From NCBI GenBank assembly GCA_951406725.2, contig OX597838.1, positions 1,488,001 through 1,552,000 on the forward strand: a stretch of DNA of 64,000 bases, given 5' to 3'. Numbering within the stretch: the stretch's first letter is position 1; every line of letters begins with the position of its first letter. Shown piece by piece: positions 11,540 to 23,414 of this stretch. The notes beneath the pieces were generated by a model. The model saw only the letters and a program-made list of their open reading frames with translations, did not search any database and was not told the DNA's origin. Both the position numbers and the translations under genes were made by a program. This DNA is from Octopus vulgaris (Eukaryota).

Positions 11540-13950
11540 TTGCCAACCCAGCTTATCAAGTAATGAAACAGTTTGTCACGTATTAATCTGCTCAAATAAT
11601 TATCGATAAATATCTAAAGTTATAATCCAGATGAAGCAACAACATTTCTTTTCTTTATTGTTTGACGTAGACATATTTTTTCTCTCACAAATCTTTAACT
11701 GAACAACTGTTTCCCTCTCCGATGCATAATTCCACCTTCCCCGCCACCAGATGCTTAGATCTAGTCTGTTATGCTTTCATTTCACTCAGGTTTTACAGGA
11801 ACAGTCCATCAGTATTGTTTGATATTATAAATGAATGAATCCGCCACCAGTCACTGTCATTTCTTACATTTCTATCCACAGGATTATCCTTTCTCTGAAT
11901 TCAATTTTTTTAAGCCACAACATCTTGCCTCATCGGAAGATAGTTTTGTGATGATATTTTCAGTTCCTTACTTATGGCATGAGCGACATCCTCTATATAA
12001 ATTACACACATTGTGCATCGCTTGTATCCAGACCATCTCCCCTGGACCCCTCTTCCTTTTTGCTTATCAGATATTTCGTTGTGAACTCCTATTCATGTAA
12101 TTCTAAAAGTTAACCTTCAAAATGACAGCTAATACCGTGCTGGTGTTGTTCCGAAACTACTTTGCTTATCTAGGTTGCTGTCACTTTCGAACTCTCTGGT
12201 AACAGAGTTGTGTGCGATCTTCTACTGATAGGCTGACAACTTTTTATCAGATAGCTTGCTGCGGTAGAATTGCACCGTCTTTGTGTGTGTGCACGTGTGC
12301 GTGCGCGCGCATGTGTGAGTGTGGTCCTCGGTCATCAGTCAAAGAATATTTTCTGTAAAACTAGTTTCCAACTCTTGAAACAGAAATGACGATAGAGATA
12401 TTATCGTGTTTTTTCTTTATTCTCTCATATTTAATAATCAGGTAGGAGTATGTATTATGACCAAAGCCCATCCTTATAACCTTTGAAAAGGCCGTGACTA
12501 GTCCAAGGTCTTCTTCATAGCCTCCATGTTCTTAGGATATTATAAGATCGTTTTAGAAAGAATGTTTCTGTTTACGTCTGGATCAGTTACGTTCCTTACC
12601 AATTTCTACAGCAAAAAAAAAAAAAAAACGTTTAGATTCCACTGAACCTCTTCGGAATTGTGACTCAGGACGAAGTCCTTTTGCCTATGATCTTGATAAT
12701 GGTAACTGGAACTTTAGCAGCCGTTTATGAGGATCAGAATCCAATGCCTTCTCATAATCCAGCAGGAGTGTAACTAAGTCCCCCTTATGTTGTCTCACTT
12801 CTGACATCAAGGTTTTTCTTAATCGAGATTCATTCAGCACAGCCCCAAATTCCTTTCTCTAAAGTTACGTGTCCAGCTGTGATGATGAAACCTGTTCAGC
12901 TGGCAGAAACGTTAGCACGCCGAGTGAAATGCTTAGCAGCATTTCGAGTGTCTTTACGTTCTGAGTTCAAATTCCGCCAAGGTCGACTTTGCCTTTCATC
13001 TTTTTGGGGTGGATAAATTAAATATCAGTTGCGTACTGTCGTCGATCTAATCAACTGGTCCCTTCCCCAAAAATTTTGGTCCTTGTACCTAGTGTAGAAG
13101 AGGATATTATTAGTGTCACAGGAATCTTGGAGGAATAGGTCCAGACAGACTATGAACTTTATACAGGAGATTCCGGTAGGTTTTCGCTAGCTTGGTATAC
13201 TTACATCTCTATTGGTATGTTGCTAAGAAAAGTCGATAAAATTCATTCAATAAAGAGTCAATTCTTTTATTCCAGTACCTCAGGCTCATGTGTTTTCCTG
13301 GAGAATATCTCTTCTATAGACCGGCTATTACTAGCTCTCTCTTAGTGCAACTAGTGAAGATCTATCCTTTCAGGTGAGATACAATCTCTTATTTATCACT
13401 GGCCAAGAGAAACTACATTTCTTGTTACTGAGGCAGTTATCCTGTTGTTTGCTGGAATCGTTTTAATGCATAAATTTTCGGGCGAGTATTTCTTTTCGAA
13501 TTTTTTTTAAGCGGGTTAGCTTTGTTATTTTTTGGATCACATGGAACAGTTGAGCTGCATTTTGAAGTTCTTCATCGGCTCTCAAGTTGTAAGTGTTATT
13601 ACTGGTCATTGCATGTAGGATGCACTTGTTTATCTCTATGGATTCATCAGCTGTTGTTTGGGTGATATGATGCGGCATTCAGAAGCCATTTAGACGGACC
13701 TTATACTTTTGCCTCCGCCCCTTCATTTAACATAGATCTTGTCAGTGTCTCTGCTGATGTAGAACTTACCATTGAGGTTAGCAGCTTTCTTGTCTTGATC
13801 TCTAAGATGTTGATTTATTCAAGAATCCAATTAAGTATCACAAGATGATACTGGTATCGTGAAAGTATTATGGGATATGGTCTTATTGAATGTCGATAAT
13901 TCTGGCTTCTATAAATTCCGAAGTTCATTGAAGTAGTAAAATCTTACCTG
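11540..13950 (-). mobile_element. Decayed restriction-endonuclease-type non-LTR retrotransposon (R4/Dong-like), interrupted by a SINE
   Basis: Reverse-strand peptides in the expected order: LVTLLLDYEKALDSDPH (RT DYxKAFDSVPH, ~12740-12790), LVTAFSKVIRMGFG (~12460-12500), YLPMRQDVVA (~11915-11943), KHNRLDLSIW (RLE NRPD motif, ~11746-11776). Many stops and frameshifts, and the ends are approximate. Confidence 0.75.
12897..13105 (+). mobile_element. Family A SINE inserted into the LINE remnant
   Basis: gctggcagaaacgttagcacgccg...gttcaaattccgccaaggtcgactttgcctttcatc. Confidence 0.9.
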
Positions 13951-14565
13951 TCATGTGACGTTTAACTTTGGAAGAATATTTTTTGCTACCATGAGCAATA
14001 TGAGGAAATATGGTATGCATATTGGCGCTTTTACAGAATGACGAGATAAATGCTAATTTTCAAAAGAAATATATTTATTACTTTAAAATAAAACTAAATA
14101 AAACAAATTCCTCATTTGTATATTTGCAATAAATATATGTTAGTATTTTTCGAAACTTTATCAACATAATCGCATTCAACTCCATGGAAAACCGATCTTT
14201 GCAAAATTTCATGAAATCTTTCAACTTTATCTTAATCCTATGAATATTGACTGACTACAAGAATATTACAGAATCATTGGTTGTGAGGTACAAATTATTA
14301 GAGACCAGCTGTTACCTTGGACTATTTCTGTCGATAACTTAATTCTGTTTGTTACTCTATTCATTGCTTCAGTAGTCAGACATAGTTGTGTAGACCATAT
14401 AGGCATGCATAGCATAGTTTCATTATTTGTTAATTATTTGAATTCTTTCTACGAGAAAGGAACTGGCTTCAATAATGAAACAAAGTTTCATCGCTGAAAT
14501 TTTTGTATACTAAACGCAATAGGCGCTGAACTTAGAATTCCTCTCACAAATTGTATCGTGAAGTA

Positions 14566-14740
14566 CCGTAATTTAACGTGTATAAGGAACCACTTTTTGT
14601 CAAAAATTAGGTTAAAAAATATGAAGTTTCTTATACATGCATAGCATTATAATCCTTTACAAAACTTTTTCCAAATTTTAAGCCCCCAAAATTAGGGGGT
14701 CCCTCATACACAAGGGTTCCTTAAATACGTTAAAATACGG
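14566..14740. mobile_element. Tc1/mariner-pogo-type MITE
   Basis: TIRs ccgtaatttaacgtgtataagg / ccttaaatacgttaaaatacgg, flanked by TA at 14564-14565 and 14741-14742. Confidence 0.8.
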
Positions 14741-15240
14741 TACTTGAAAATCCTAGGTTTTCGCGTTTATCATTTAAATATTTACCAACATTACAGATGA
14801 AATAATTCTTCGTATAAATATAAATTTCTCAGCAGAGTAGAGAAGATTCAGGTTGCGATGCAGCTGCTCGCAAATGTTCTCCTACTGGAAAAAAAATATT
14901 TACATGTACAAAATAACATCCCTTGTGTCTATAAGGATGCGTTCAATAACAAAAAAACTTCGTCTAAAGTGCAATTTACCCCAGGGTACTTTTTGTTGCA
15001 GATGGTGTTGAACATTAATAACATCGTAAGATGTTAGTACCTAAATGACATTTTTGAATGATTGTTGATCATATGTTATTACATGAGTTAATCGATATTT
15101 TCAGTTGCATCGTTGTGTTTGGTTCATGACATATTTCGTAGTTATCTTCTCATCTTGCAAAAACATAACCTTCGAAATATGGCGTGATGTAAATGTCACG
15201 AGTCCAAAAGAGGCCACACATCTTGTTAATATTATCCTCA

Positions 15241-15450
15241 AGCTGGCAGAATCGTGAGCACGCCGGACAAACTGCTTAGCGGCAGTGCGTAAGTCTTCAT
15301 GTTTTGAGCTCAAATTCCACTGAGGTCGACTTTTCATTTCATTTTTTCGGGGTCCACAGAATAAGTACCATTTGAACACTGAGATCGATGTAATCGACTC
15401 ACCCCACTCCCCCGGAATTGCTGATCTTCTGTCAAAATTTGATCAATCAA
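15241..15450 (+). mobile_element. Family A SINE
   Basis: agctggcagaatcgtgagcacgccgg...gaggtcgacttttcatttcattttttcggggtc. Confidence 0.85.
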
Positions 15451-15480
15451 TATTATCCTCAAGTTTACAGGAAACATTCA

Positions 15481-15665
15481 CAAGAGTGGCTGTGTAGTAA
15501 GTAGCTTGCTTACCAACCACATGGTTCCGGATTCAATACCACTGCGAGGCACCTTGTCTTCTATTATAGCCTCGGGCCGACCAAAGCCTTGTGAGTGGAT
15601 TTGATAGACAGAAACTGAAAAAAGCCCGTCTTCTATGTACACACACAAACAAACACACACAAACA

Positions 15666-15758
<93 letters not shown>

Positions 15759-16288
15759 AGTGGTTAGAGCGTCGAGGTTACGATCGTGAGGTTGTAGGTT
15801 CGAATCCCGGACTGGACTGCGTGTTGTGTTCTTGAGCAAGACACTTTATTTCACATTGCTCCAGTTCAATCAGCTGTAGAAATAAGTTGCGACGTCACAC
15901 GTGCCAAGCTGTCTGGGCCCCTTTGCCTTTCCCTTGGATAACGCTGGTGGCATGGAGAGGGGAGGCTGGTATGCATGGGTGCCTACTGGTTTTCCATAAA
16001 CAACTTGTGCCTGTGAGGGTAACTTTCTAGGTGCAATCCCATATTCAGTCATGACTGGTGGGGGGTGGGGGCGCTTCTCAGCATATATATGTATATGCAT
16101 ATGTTTGTGTGTCTGTGTTTGTCCCACCACCATCTCTTGAAACCGATGTTGGTGTGTTTACGTTCCCGTAACTTAGCGGTTCGGGTAAAGTTACCGATAA
16201 GTAGGCTTACAAAGAATAAGTCCCGGGGTCGATTTGTTCGACTAAAAGCGGTGCTCCTGCATGGCCACAGTCAAATGACTGAAACAAG
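15481..16288 (+). mobile_element. Family B CORE-like SINE with a second SINE nested in its microsatellite linker
   Basis: 5' half 15481-15635, (CA)n, inserted SINE 15757-16080, 3' half 16100-16288 ending cagtcaaatgactgaaacaag. Confidence 0.85.
15757..16080 (+). mobile_element. tRNA-derived CORE-like SINE (family C variant)
   Basis: A box tggttagagc, B box ggttcgaatcc, then CORE-like gtgttcttgagcaagacactttatttcacattgctc. Confidence 0.85.
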
Positions 16289-16463
16289 CTGTTGCTGTTG
16301 TTTAGAAGATGCAGACACCACATCCAGAACCTGTCTGTAGCAATCCGAAACCGCTTCCTTCCTCTTTGCTTCCGTTGATGTTAGCATTGTTGTGAAATCA
16401 GCATCTTGCGTGTTTTGATATCTGTAGGTTGGATTTCCAGTTTGGATGGCTCAAGATTTCCAA

Positions 16464-16540
16464 ATGTATGTATGTATGTATGTATGTATGTATGTATGTT
16501 TCTATGTCTGTATGATTGTATATATAGCTATGTATACGTA

Positions 16541-16612
<72 letters not shown>

Positions 16613-16626
16613 CGTACGTATATGTA

Positions 16627-16690
<64 letters not shown>

Positions 16691-16703
16691 CGTGTGTGTG
16701 TGT
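16464..16703. repeat. Compound (TATG)n/(TA)n/(TATC)n microsatellite
   Basis: Seen directly. Confidence 0.95.
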
Positions 16704-17406
16704 GTTTGGAGACTGTAGGTAGTCATATTATGCTAGAAACAGCTGGCAAATCTCCCTTAAATCACACTTTAGTATCTTAAAAAAGATGATATGTGAAAAT
16801 AAGGAAAGCAAAAGCTCAATGGAAGGCTAAGCTTTACCTCGGTGGGATTTGACCCCTCGATGTAAAGGGCCGAAGCAAATACCGCAAGGCATTTTGTGTG
16901 CGGTTGAAAGATTCTCAACCACAATGACAACATCAGCATCAAGAATGAGGGCCTCTGCCACAACAACAACAACAATGTCATCAGATGTGTCAACGATAAA
17001 AAAAGCAACAACAACATCAATACCTTCAAAAAACAGTATCAACAATAACAACAAACACAAAAATAATAAAAAAGAACACAATAACAGATCGACATCCAGA
17101 ACAGCATCAGTAAACAAGAACATCAACAACAATAACATTAATACAACCAACAAGAAAAACTGCAATAAAAGCAACATCAACAACTTCGACGACGACAACA
17201 ACAACAACAACAACTCTACAGTGACGGCCATTAAAATAGTAATTTGTGATATGAATAGTCCTCAAATATATTTAATGAAATTAAATGTATTTTGGCGCCT
17301 GTAGAGGTCACTGTGCGCTGTTTATAGGGCCAAATAGGTTGACATTGATGGGAGGGAAAACTATCTTGCTCCCCCCACTTTCACTCTTTTATAATTCCAT
17401 CAATCT

Positions 17407-17454
<48 letters not shown>

Positions 17455-17486
17455 CACTACCACTACTGCTGCTGCTGCTGCTGCTG

Positions 17487-17533
<47 letters not shown>

Positions 17534-17550
17534 GTTGCTGCTGCTGCTTA
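17407..17550. repeat. (ACT)n/(GCT)n trinucleotide repeat
   Basis: Seen directly. Confidence 0.95.
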
Positions 17551-18079
17551 CTGTGACTTCAGCATAAGCCTCTATCTCGATGTATCTATTTTGTCTGCTA
17601 GAAATAAGAGCCAAACCCGTTAATTCATACGTAAGCAGCAACAAGAGCTACATTAGACTGTGTCTAATGCTAAGAAGAAGTGGTCATAACTGGCATGTAT
17701 TTGGTCATAGCTTTTCTCCATGAAACTTAACCTGGAGTTATACAGCTGCTGTTTCCATCACCAACACAATCACCACAGAAACAACTTTCAGTGTGGCAAT
17801 AGTGACACCCCACCGCCGCCACCATCACCACCGACACTGCAGCCAATACAACCCTTCCCTTGAAGCAGATTCAAAGAACCACATGTCGTTGGCCCTACAA
17901 GAAATAGCAGCCAAGTTCCCACAAATCACACTATATCTTCGTAAAATTGGAAGGACAAGTTTTGGAGATACGAAAACGTCGGATGGTCACGATTGGAAAG
18001 CTTTTGATGAGGGTTGACCTAAGCATACACCTTTCCAAGGTTCATGTTTAAGAAAAAGGTTTAATACTATGATTGAGAG

Positions 18080-18632
18080 AGTTTCGACATGATTCATAGA
18101 ATTCTTCGTGGTGATCCTTTAGCGTAGTTCCTTCTGGTGGCTTTCCGTCTTAATGTGCTTCCTATTCAGGGCCCTTCTTTAACCCTTGTCCTTAATTATA
18201 TACTTCTACTATCAACAAACGGTAAAGGTCAACTAGTCATACCGAAACAATGACCATGCTGTCCATTCCATACATGGAACTAATACAGATATTGCTGATA
18301 GAATCAGTACTCGTTAGTTCCTGACTGGATTCACGAGACCTGCTAATCTCTCTGGAGACATCAACAAACTGTACAGGATCCAACATAAATGACGCTTACA
18401 CATGAATACACTTGTCTTTGTCATCAACCGAAGAACCATTAAGCGACAATATTCGAAACTATGAGGATTTATTATACCAAGATTCATGTATGATGAGCTC
18501 AGGAAAGGATGTTCCCATCCGGAAGGCAATGTTATGGTCAGCTTGCAGGACATTGACCAATATTTGGACAACTGATTTAAGCCGATCATTTAAAATAATA
18601 TTTCGTTTTTTTGCTGAACCAATTCTTTTGTT
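18080..18632 (+). mobile_element. Decayed RTE-clade LINE reverse transcriptase fragment
   Basis: EDLLYQDSCMMSSGKDVPIRKAMLWSACRTLTNIWTTDLSRSFKIIFRFFAEPILL resembles the RTE RT C-terminal pattern DFKYLGS..KDIxIRKAxAW..L.KIW..L.R.LK..FR..VE.ILLYG. The left end is approximate. Confidence 0.75.
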
Positions 18633-18711
18633 GCACCAATTCTTAACACTCAAATTCTATGTAGAGAGTAAAATGTTTCTGCTGTATGTGTGTGTGTGTG
18701 TTTGTGTGTAT

Positions 18712-18786
<75 letters not shown>

Positions 18787-19983
18787 TGAGGGGATACTAC
18801 TAATTTATCGAACTTTAGCAATGATCATCAGCAAATCATTGTAGAGCAGAGTTTGTTGGGTCTTGGAGACCTCAACTCACTCTGGTGGCTAGAGTCGGCA
18901 GTTCTCTTATTTAGATATCATGGTCAGGGGTTCGGGTAATGAAGTTTGAGTCCTTGGTGTGCTAGAAGATCTGGGGAGGTGTATCTTAACCGCTATCGGC
19001 CTTTGATGATGATGATGAGGATGATAATGATGATGGTGATATGTGTCTGTTATAGACATGCATACACAAGCATATAGACATACAGGTATGAAAGACAGAC
19101 GTAGAGCTAGAGTTAGAGCTCGCGAACATAAGAGCGTGGGTTCAATTCCTGTACCTGGCAGTTCAATGCCTCCTTAGACAAAGTACTTCATTTAACGTTT
19201 CTTCATTCAAAGCAAGCATACTAGTGTCTGTTCAACAGAAATAAGCAGTCGGTAATTATCCTTCAAACTATCGCGTGAAGAGCGAGAGGGCCAAGTAGGT
19301 GTCCATGGCTGGTCCCGGTCATCGAAAGCAATTACTGAATGCGTGGAACAAACCAACAAGTGATAATTGCTTTCAAGGGATGGCCTTGGTTTCTGCTTGT
19401 TTTGAGTGAACGGATTTATTTACTGTTTCTAGCATATCAAACGAACATACGCTCTCCTTATCTCGGATATTGACATGCAGATTAAGATAGCTATTGTACA
19501 GTGGAATGGCGATTGTAGGGGTCGTCAGTGTGTTGACTATAAGGTTTAGGATAACTATATCTACTGTTGTCAATATTGCATTATATTTCAGGTGTAGATT
19601 AGGGACAGACAGACATGGCTGACAGCCAGAAATGACCTACGCAGCAAAGGTGTTAAAACATGCCCTCATTAAATATAATAGTTCTCAGTTAAAGAAACAG
19701 TTAAACATTTTTGTAACGGCGAATATTCATACCGACACAGACACTTTTAAAATCTACTTCTACGATATTCAATTATGTTCACAGTTTTACTGACGTCATA
19801 GAAATATGTAAGATGTTATTTGGTTTTTATTTCTCCTTTTTAATATTTTAACCGTTGTTTTTAAAGTATTTCATTGTCGTTTAAAATTGTTTGTAATATG
19901 TAACTTGACATTTTCAATTATAATCGTGTTTAATAACGGTATCAGTGGATAGATTTTATACTATTTTAATTTGTAAGGTATAT

Positions 19984-20205
19984 GTACCTACCTACCTACC
20001 TACCTACCTACCTACCTACCTACCTACCTACCTACATACATACCTACCTACCTACCTACCTACCTACTTACCTACCTACCTACCTACCTACCTACCTACC
20101 TACCTACCTACCTACCTACCTACCTACCTACCTACCTACCTACCTACCTAGCTTCCTACTTACATACCCACACACCAAACTCCTTCCCTCCTTCACTCCC
20201 TACCA

Positions 20206-20284
<79 letters not shown>
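19984..20284. repeat. (TACC)n and (TATC)n microsatellites
   Basis: Seen directly. Confidence 0.95.
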
Positions 20285-20309
20285 GGTCGGTCTGTCTGTC
20301 TGTCGGATC

Positions 20310-20667
20310 TTTTGCTTGTTTCAGTCATTGGACTGGCACCAAGCTGGGGCATTACCTTGGAGGGTTTTAATCGAATGAATAGACCCCACTACATATTTTT
20401 AAAATCTGGTATTTATTCTAGCAGCTCCGTTTGCCGAACCGCTACGTTAAGGAAGCAAAGCAGCAGCAGGTGCCAGGAAGTGGTGATGGTGGGAGGGGAA
20501 AACACAAAGACACACATGCACATATACGTACATCTCTCTCTCTCTCTCTCTTTCTAAGAGCGTAGGCTCGAAACGTTAAAGACATTTTCACTTCCCGAGC
20601 GTTATACTAATACATCTGTTTGTTTTGTACACCACATGTCTTCGTCTTTTGTTTTTTTGTGAATTCT

Positions 20668-20745
<78 letters not shown>

Positions 20746-20822
20746 ACGATGGGCTTCTTTCACTTTCCCTTTACCAAATCCACTCACAAGGGTTTTGTCG
20801 GTCCAGGGCTGTAGTAGAAGAC
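20310..20822 (-). mobile_element. Family B SINE, 5'-truncated, interrupted by a hammerhead-like repeat and (TA)n
   Basis: 3' half at 20310-20520 and gatgggcttctttcactttccctttaccaaatccactcacaagg at 20748-20822. Confidence 0.75.
20556..20670 (+). mobile_element. Short (~160 bp) hammerhead-like repeat, 5'-truncated copy
   Basis: aagagcgtaggctcgaaacgttaaagac...ctaatacatctgtttg matches 20835-20990 (-) and 55322-55475 (+). Confidence 0.75.
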
Positions 20823-20834
20823 ATATATATATAT

Positions 20835-20987
20835 GGGGTGGGGATCCACAAAAAAAAACCAAAGACGAAGACAGGTGGTGTAGACAACAAACAGATGTAT
20901 TAGTTTAATGCTCGAGAAGCGAAAAAGTCTTTAACGTTTCGAGCCTATGCTCTTCCACAGAAAGGAACAGAAAGAAACAAGGAGAGA

Positions 20988-20990
<3 letters not shown>
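20835..20990 (-). mobile_element. Short hammerhead-like repeat, full copy (motif at 20929-20964)
   Basis: CUUU-CUGUGGA-A-GAGC(AUAG)GCUC-GAAA-CGU-U-AAAG. Confidence 0.75.
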
Positions 20991-21039
<49 letters not shown>

Positions 21040-21158
21040 GTATATATACATATATACACACGCATATACATATGAAGTGTATCTGTATATGTGAGGAGAG
21101 AGGGAGAGAGAGCGAGAAAGAGAGAAAGAGAGGGCGAGGGTTAATATCCCCACTTAAA

Positions 21159-21320
21159 CGTGGATGTTCCGTTAGAACAAACAATACTGCGGTATATAAC
21201 ATGAGAGGAACCCTGATAATGGCTTTTGCTGCAAAATGCACTGTTGTTTATGAGAGGTATTTTGAGTGTTTCCCTCGTGGTATCTACCACAGTATAGTTT
21301 GTTCTGAAAGAACATCCACG
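21159..21320. repeat. Foldback / MITE-like inverted repeat with ~55-bp arms
   Basis: cgtggatgttccgttagaacaaacaatactgcggtatata vs reverse complement cgtggatgttctttcagaacaaactatactgtggtagata. Confidence 0.75.
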
Positions 21321-21771
21321 GTGGTATCAATACTGCCTCTGTTGCTAATAAATATAAAAGAACATCGTCAAGAATGGAGAATATCGCTTTTTTAATTGTG
21401 GAACTCACCGTATAAGTCTAGCGATGATTTCTATTGCGTGAGCAGTTTTCGATACAGTAGCCAAAGCTACAAAATACAAATCGATCCCTGTTTGATCGAT
21501 TTAATGTATGTAAAATTTATGCGAACAGAATGTTATGAATGCAATCCATTACAGTCTGAATCCTAAAAGAGCTGATAATTGGCCATAAAATATGGAGGTA
21601 AAGAACGCAGCCGAAAAGAGCGTTAAGAAGTGTTTCTGCTAAGAAAGACCAGTTTGGATTGAAACTTACGATGACGTCAATGGTCAACGAAAGAATAAAA
21701 ATATAAACACAGAAAGACCGTATCCGTACATTTATTTATCTCGTTGTTTATTTATGTTAAAAATAAATTTT

Positions 21772-22147
21772 AAAATTAACGATTATCGCCAAGCTAATAT
21801 GGCAGTCCATAATTATAAGACTTAATCTGCCGTTGATTAGCTCCAAGAGGCCATTGCCTCTAGCTAGCTATATGACGCACAAACTTGTGTCCATTATAAC
21901 CTTCGAGCAGGGAAGGTCAGCCGCTTCCTGGCTACTCTGCATTGATAAAAGGGCAAATACCCTGAAACATGTCTGCAGATGTCTGACCAGCAAGGGGAAG
22001 CGGCTGACCTCCCCTGTTCGAAGGTTATAATGGACACAGGTTCGTGTGTCATATAGCTAGAGGCGATGGCCTGTTGGAGCTAATCAAGGCCAGCTTTTGT
22101 CTTGTAGTTATGGACTGCCATATTAGCTTGGCGATAACTGTAAATTT
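21772..22147. mobile_element. Long foldback element: ~150-bp inverted arms (21772-21928 / 21996-22147) around a hammerhead motif
   Basis: ttatcgccaagctaatatggcagtccataa...aggtcagccgcttcc is mirrored by ggaagcggctgacct...ttatggactgccatattagcttggcgataa. Confidence 0.9.
21936..21979 (+). ncRNA. Minimal type I hammerhead ribozyme motif (U3:A8 variant)
   Basis: UCUGCA-UUGAUAA-A-AGGG(CAAAUA)CCCU-GAAA-CAUGU-C-UGCAGA, with perfect 6-bp stem I, 4-bp stem II, palindromic ACAUGU stem III and a GUC site (after 21973). Confidence 0.8.
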
Positions 22148-22423
22148 CCAGTACTTCTGCCGTAGTCTCCTTTAGAGAAACTTAGAAATTTTAATATTTC
22201 TAAATTTTAAAATGTTTTTGGAAAATTACGCTTATTAAATAACAAGAAAAGCACTTGTAAGGAAAGTGAAGTTTACTTTTGAAATATTTAAAGTTTTTTT
22301 TTTTATTATCTAAATCTAAAAATGCTGACGCAATGAAAACGATCGTTGGACATGTATGATGTAAGCATGAAATAAAGATGTGAGGTTCTCCAGTCTTGTT
22401 ATTGTTATTAATATACTCTTTAA

Positions 22424-22630
22424 GGCGGCGTGCTGGCAGAATCATAAATAGACCGGGAAAAATGCTTAGCGGCATTTCGTCCGTCTTTATGCTGTGAGTT
22501 CAAATTCTGCCGAGGTCGACTTTGCCTTTCGGGGTCGATTAAATAAATACCAGTTACGCACTGGGGTCGATGTAATTGACTTACCCCCTTCCCCGAATTT
22601 TAAGCCCCCTGCCTGGAGTAGAAAGGTTAT
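22424..22630 (+). mobile_element. Family A SINE
   Basis: ggcggcgtgctggcagaatc...gagttcaaattctgccgaggtcgactttgcctttcggggtcg. Confidence 0.9.
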
Positions 22631-22843
22631 TAATGTATTAAGGATTTCTTGAAATTCTTCTAAGCAATCTTTCGATTTACTTATCCCACTGGAGGAATTA
22701 CTGTGATTGTTGAGTCTGTTTTTGATCTGTTGGCCTCTGATTTATGAAGTTGACTATGTCCGCCTAACCACTGAGTGCTTCCAAGATATCTTCCCGGATC
22801 CATTAATCCATATTACCCGATATGTGTGTGTGTACAGAGAGAA

Positions 22844-22884
<41 letters not shown>

Positions 22885-23256
22885 CAAAAAGACAGAGCAA
22901 GCTATATCACCTGCAATTTTATTTCTATATTCAATTTCTTTACATATTATGTATGTATGCATGTATGTATGTATATAAGTATGTATGTATGTTATTGTTA
23001 TCAACAACCCCGGGCAACGCTGGAGTGCATTTTGTGTGGTGCGTACGTTCTGCTTGAACTCGAAAACTGAGTGCATATATATATGCATACATATATATAT
23101 ATATATATGCATATATATATAAACGACCTCGAACACACAAGTGCAAAGAAGGGAGTCAGAGAAAGGCAGAATGCTACTTATATCTGAACACTACTACAGA
23201 AATATTCTTTTAAAAAAACTTTTCTTCTAATTTTTCTAAATTTAATTATTTAATCG

Positions 23257-23300
23257 TTACAGTTGAAAAGGTCTCAAAATGACCGAAACCGGTACTGAAA
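23257..23300 (+). ncRNA. Minimal type I hammerhead ribozyme motif (U3:A8 variant)
   Basis: UUACAG-UUGAAAA-GGUC(UCAAAAU)GACC-GAAA-CCGGU-A-CUGAAA, with palindromic ACCGGU stem III and a GUA site (after 23294). Confidence 0.75.
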
Positions 23301-23350
23301 GATTCACTATAAAATCATCTTAGCATTTTCTATTTTTGACTTGTTTTTTC

Positions 23351-23414
<64 letters not shown>

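Noticed and set aside
15757-15820. tRNA-like sequence with A and B boxes
   Set aside because: It has no complete cloverleaf and runs into a CORE-like SINE body.
16849-17304. 151-aa Thr/Asn-rich ORF
   Set aside because: It starts inside a SINE fragment and continues through degenerate (AAC)n.
23007-23025. Helitron-like 3' hairpin ccccgggcaacgctgg
   Set aside because: No CTRR terminus or 5' TC end is identifiable.
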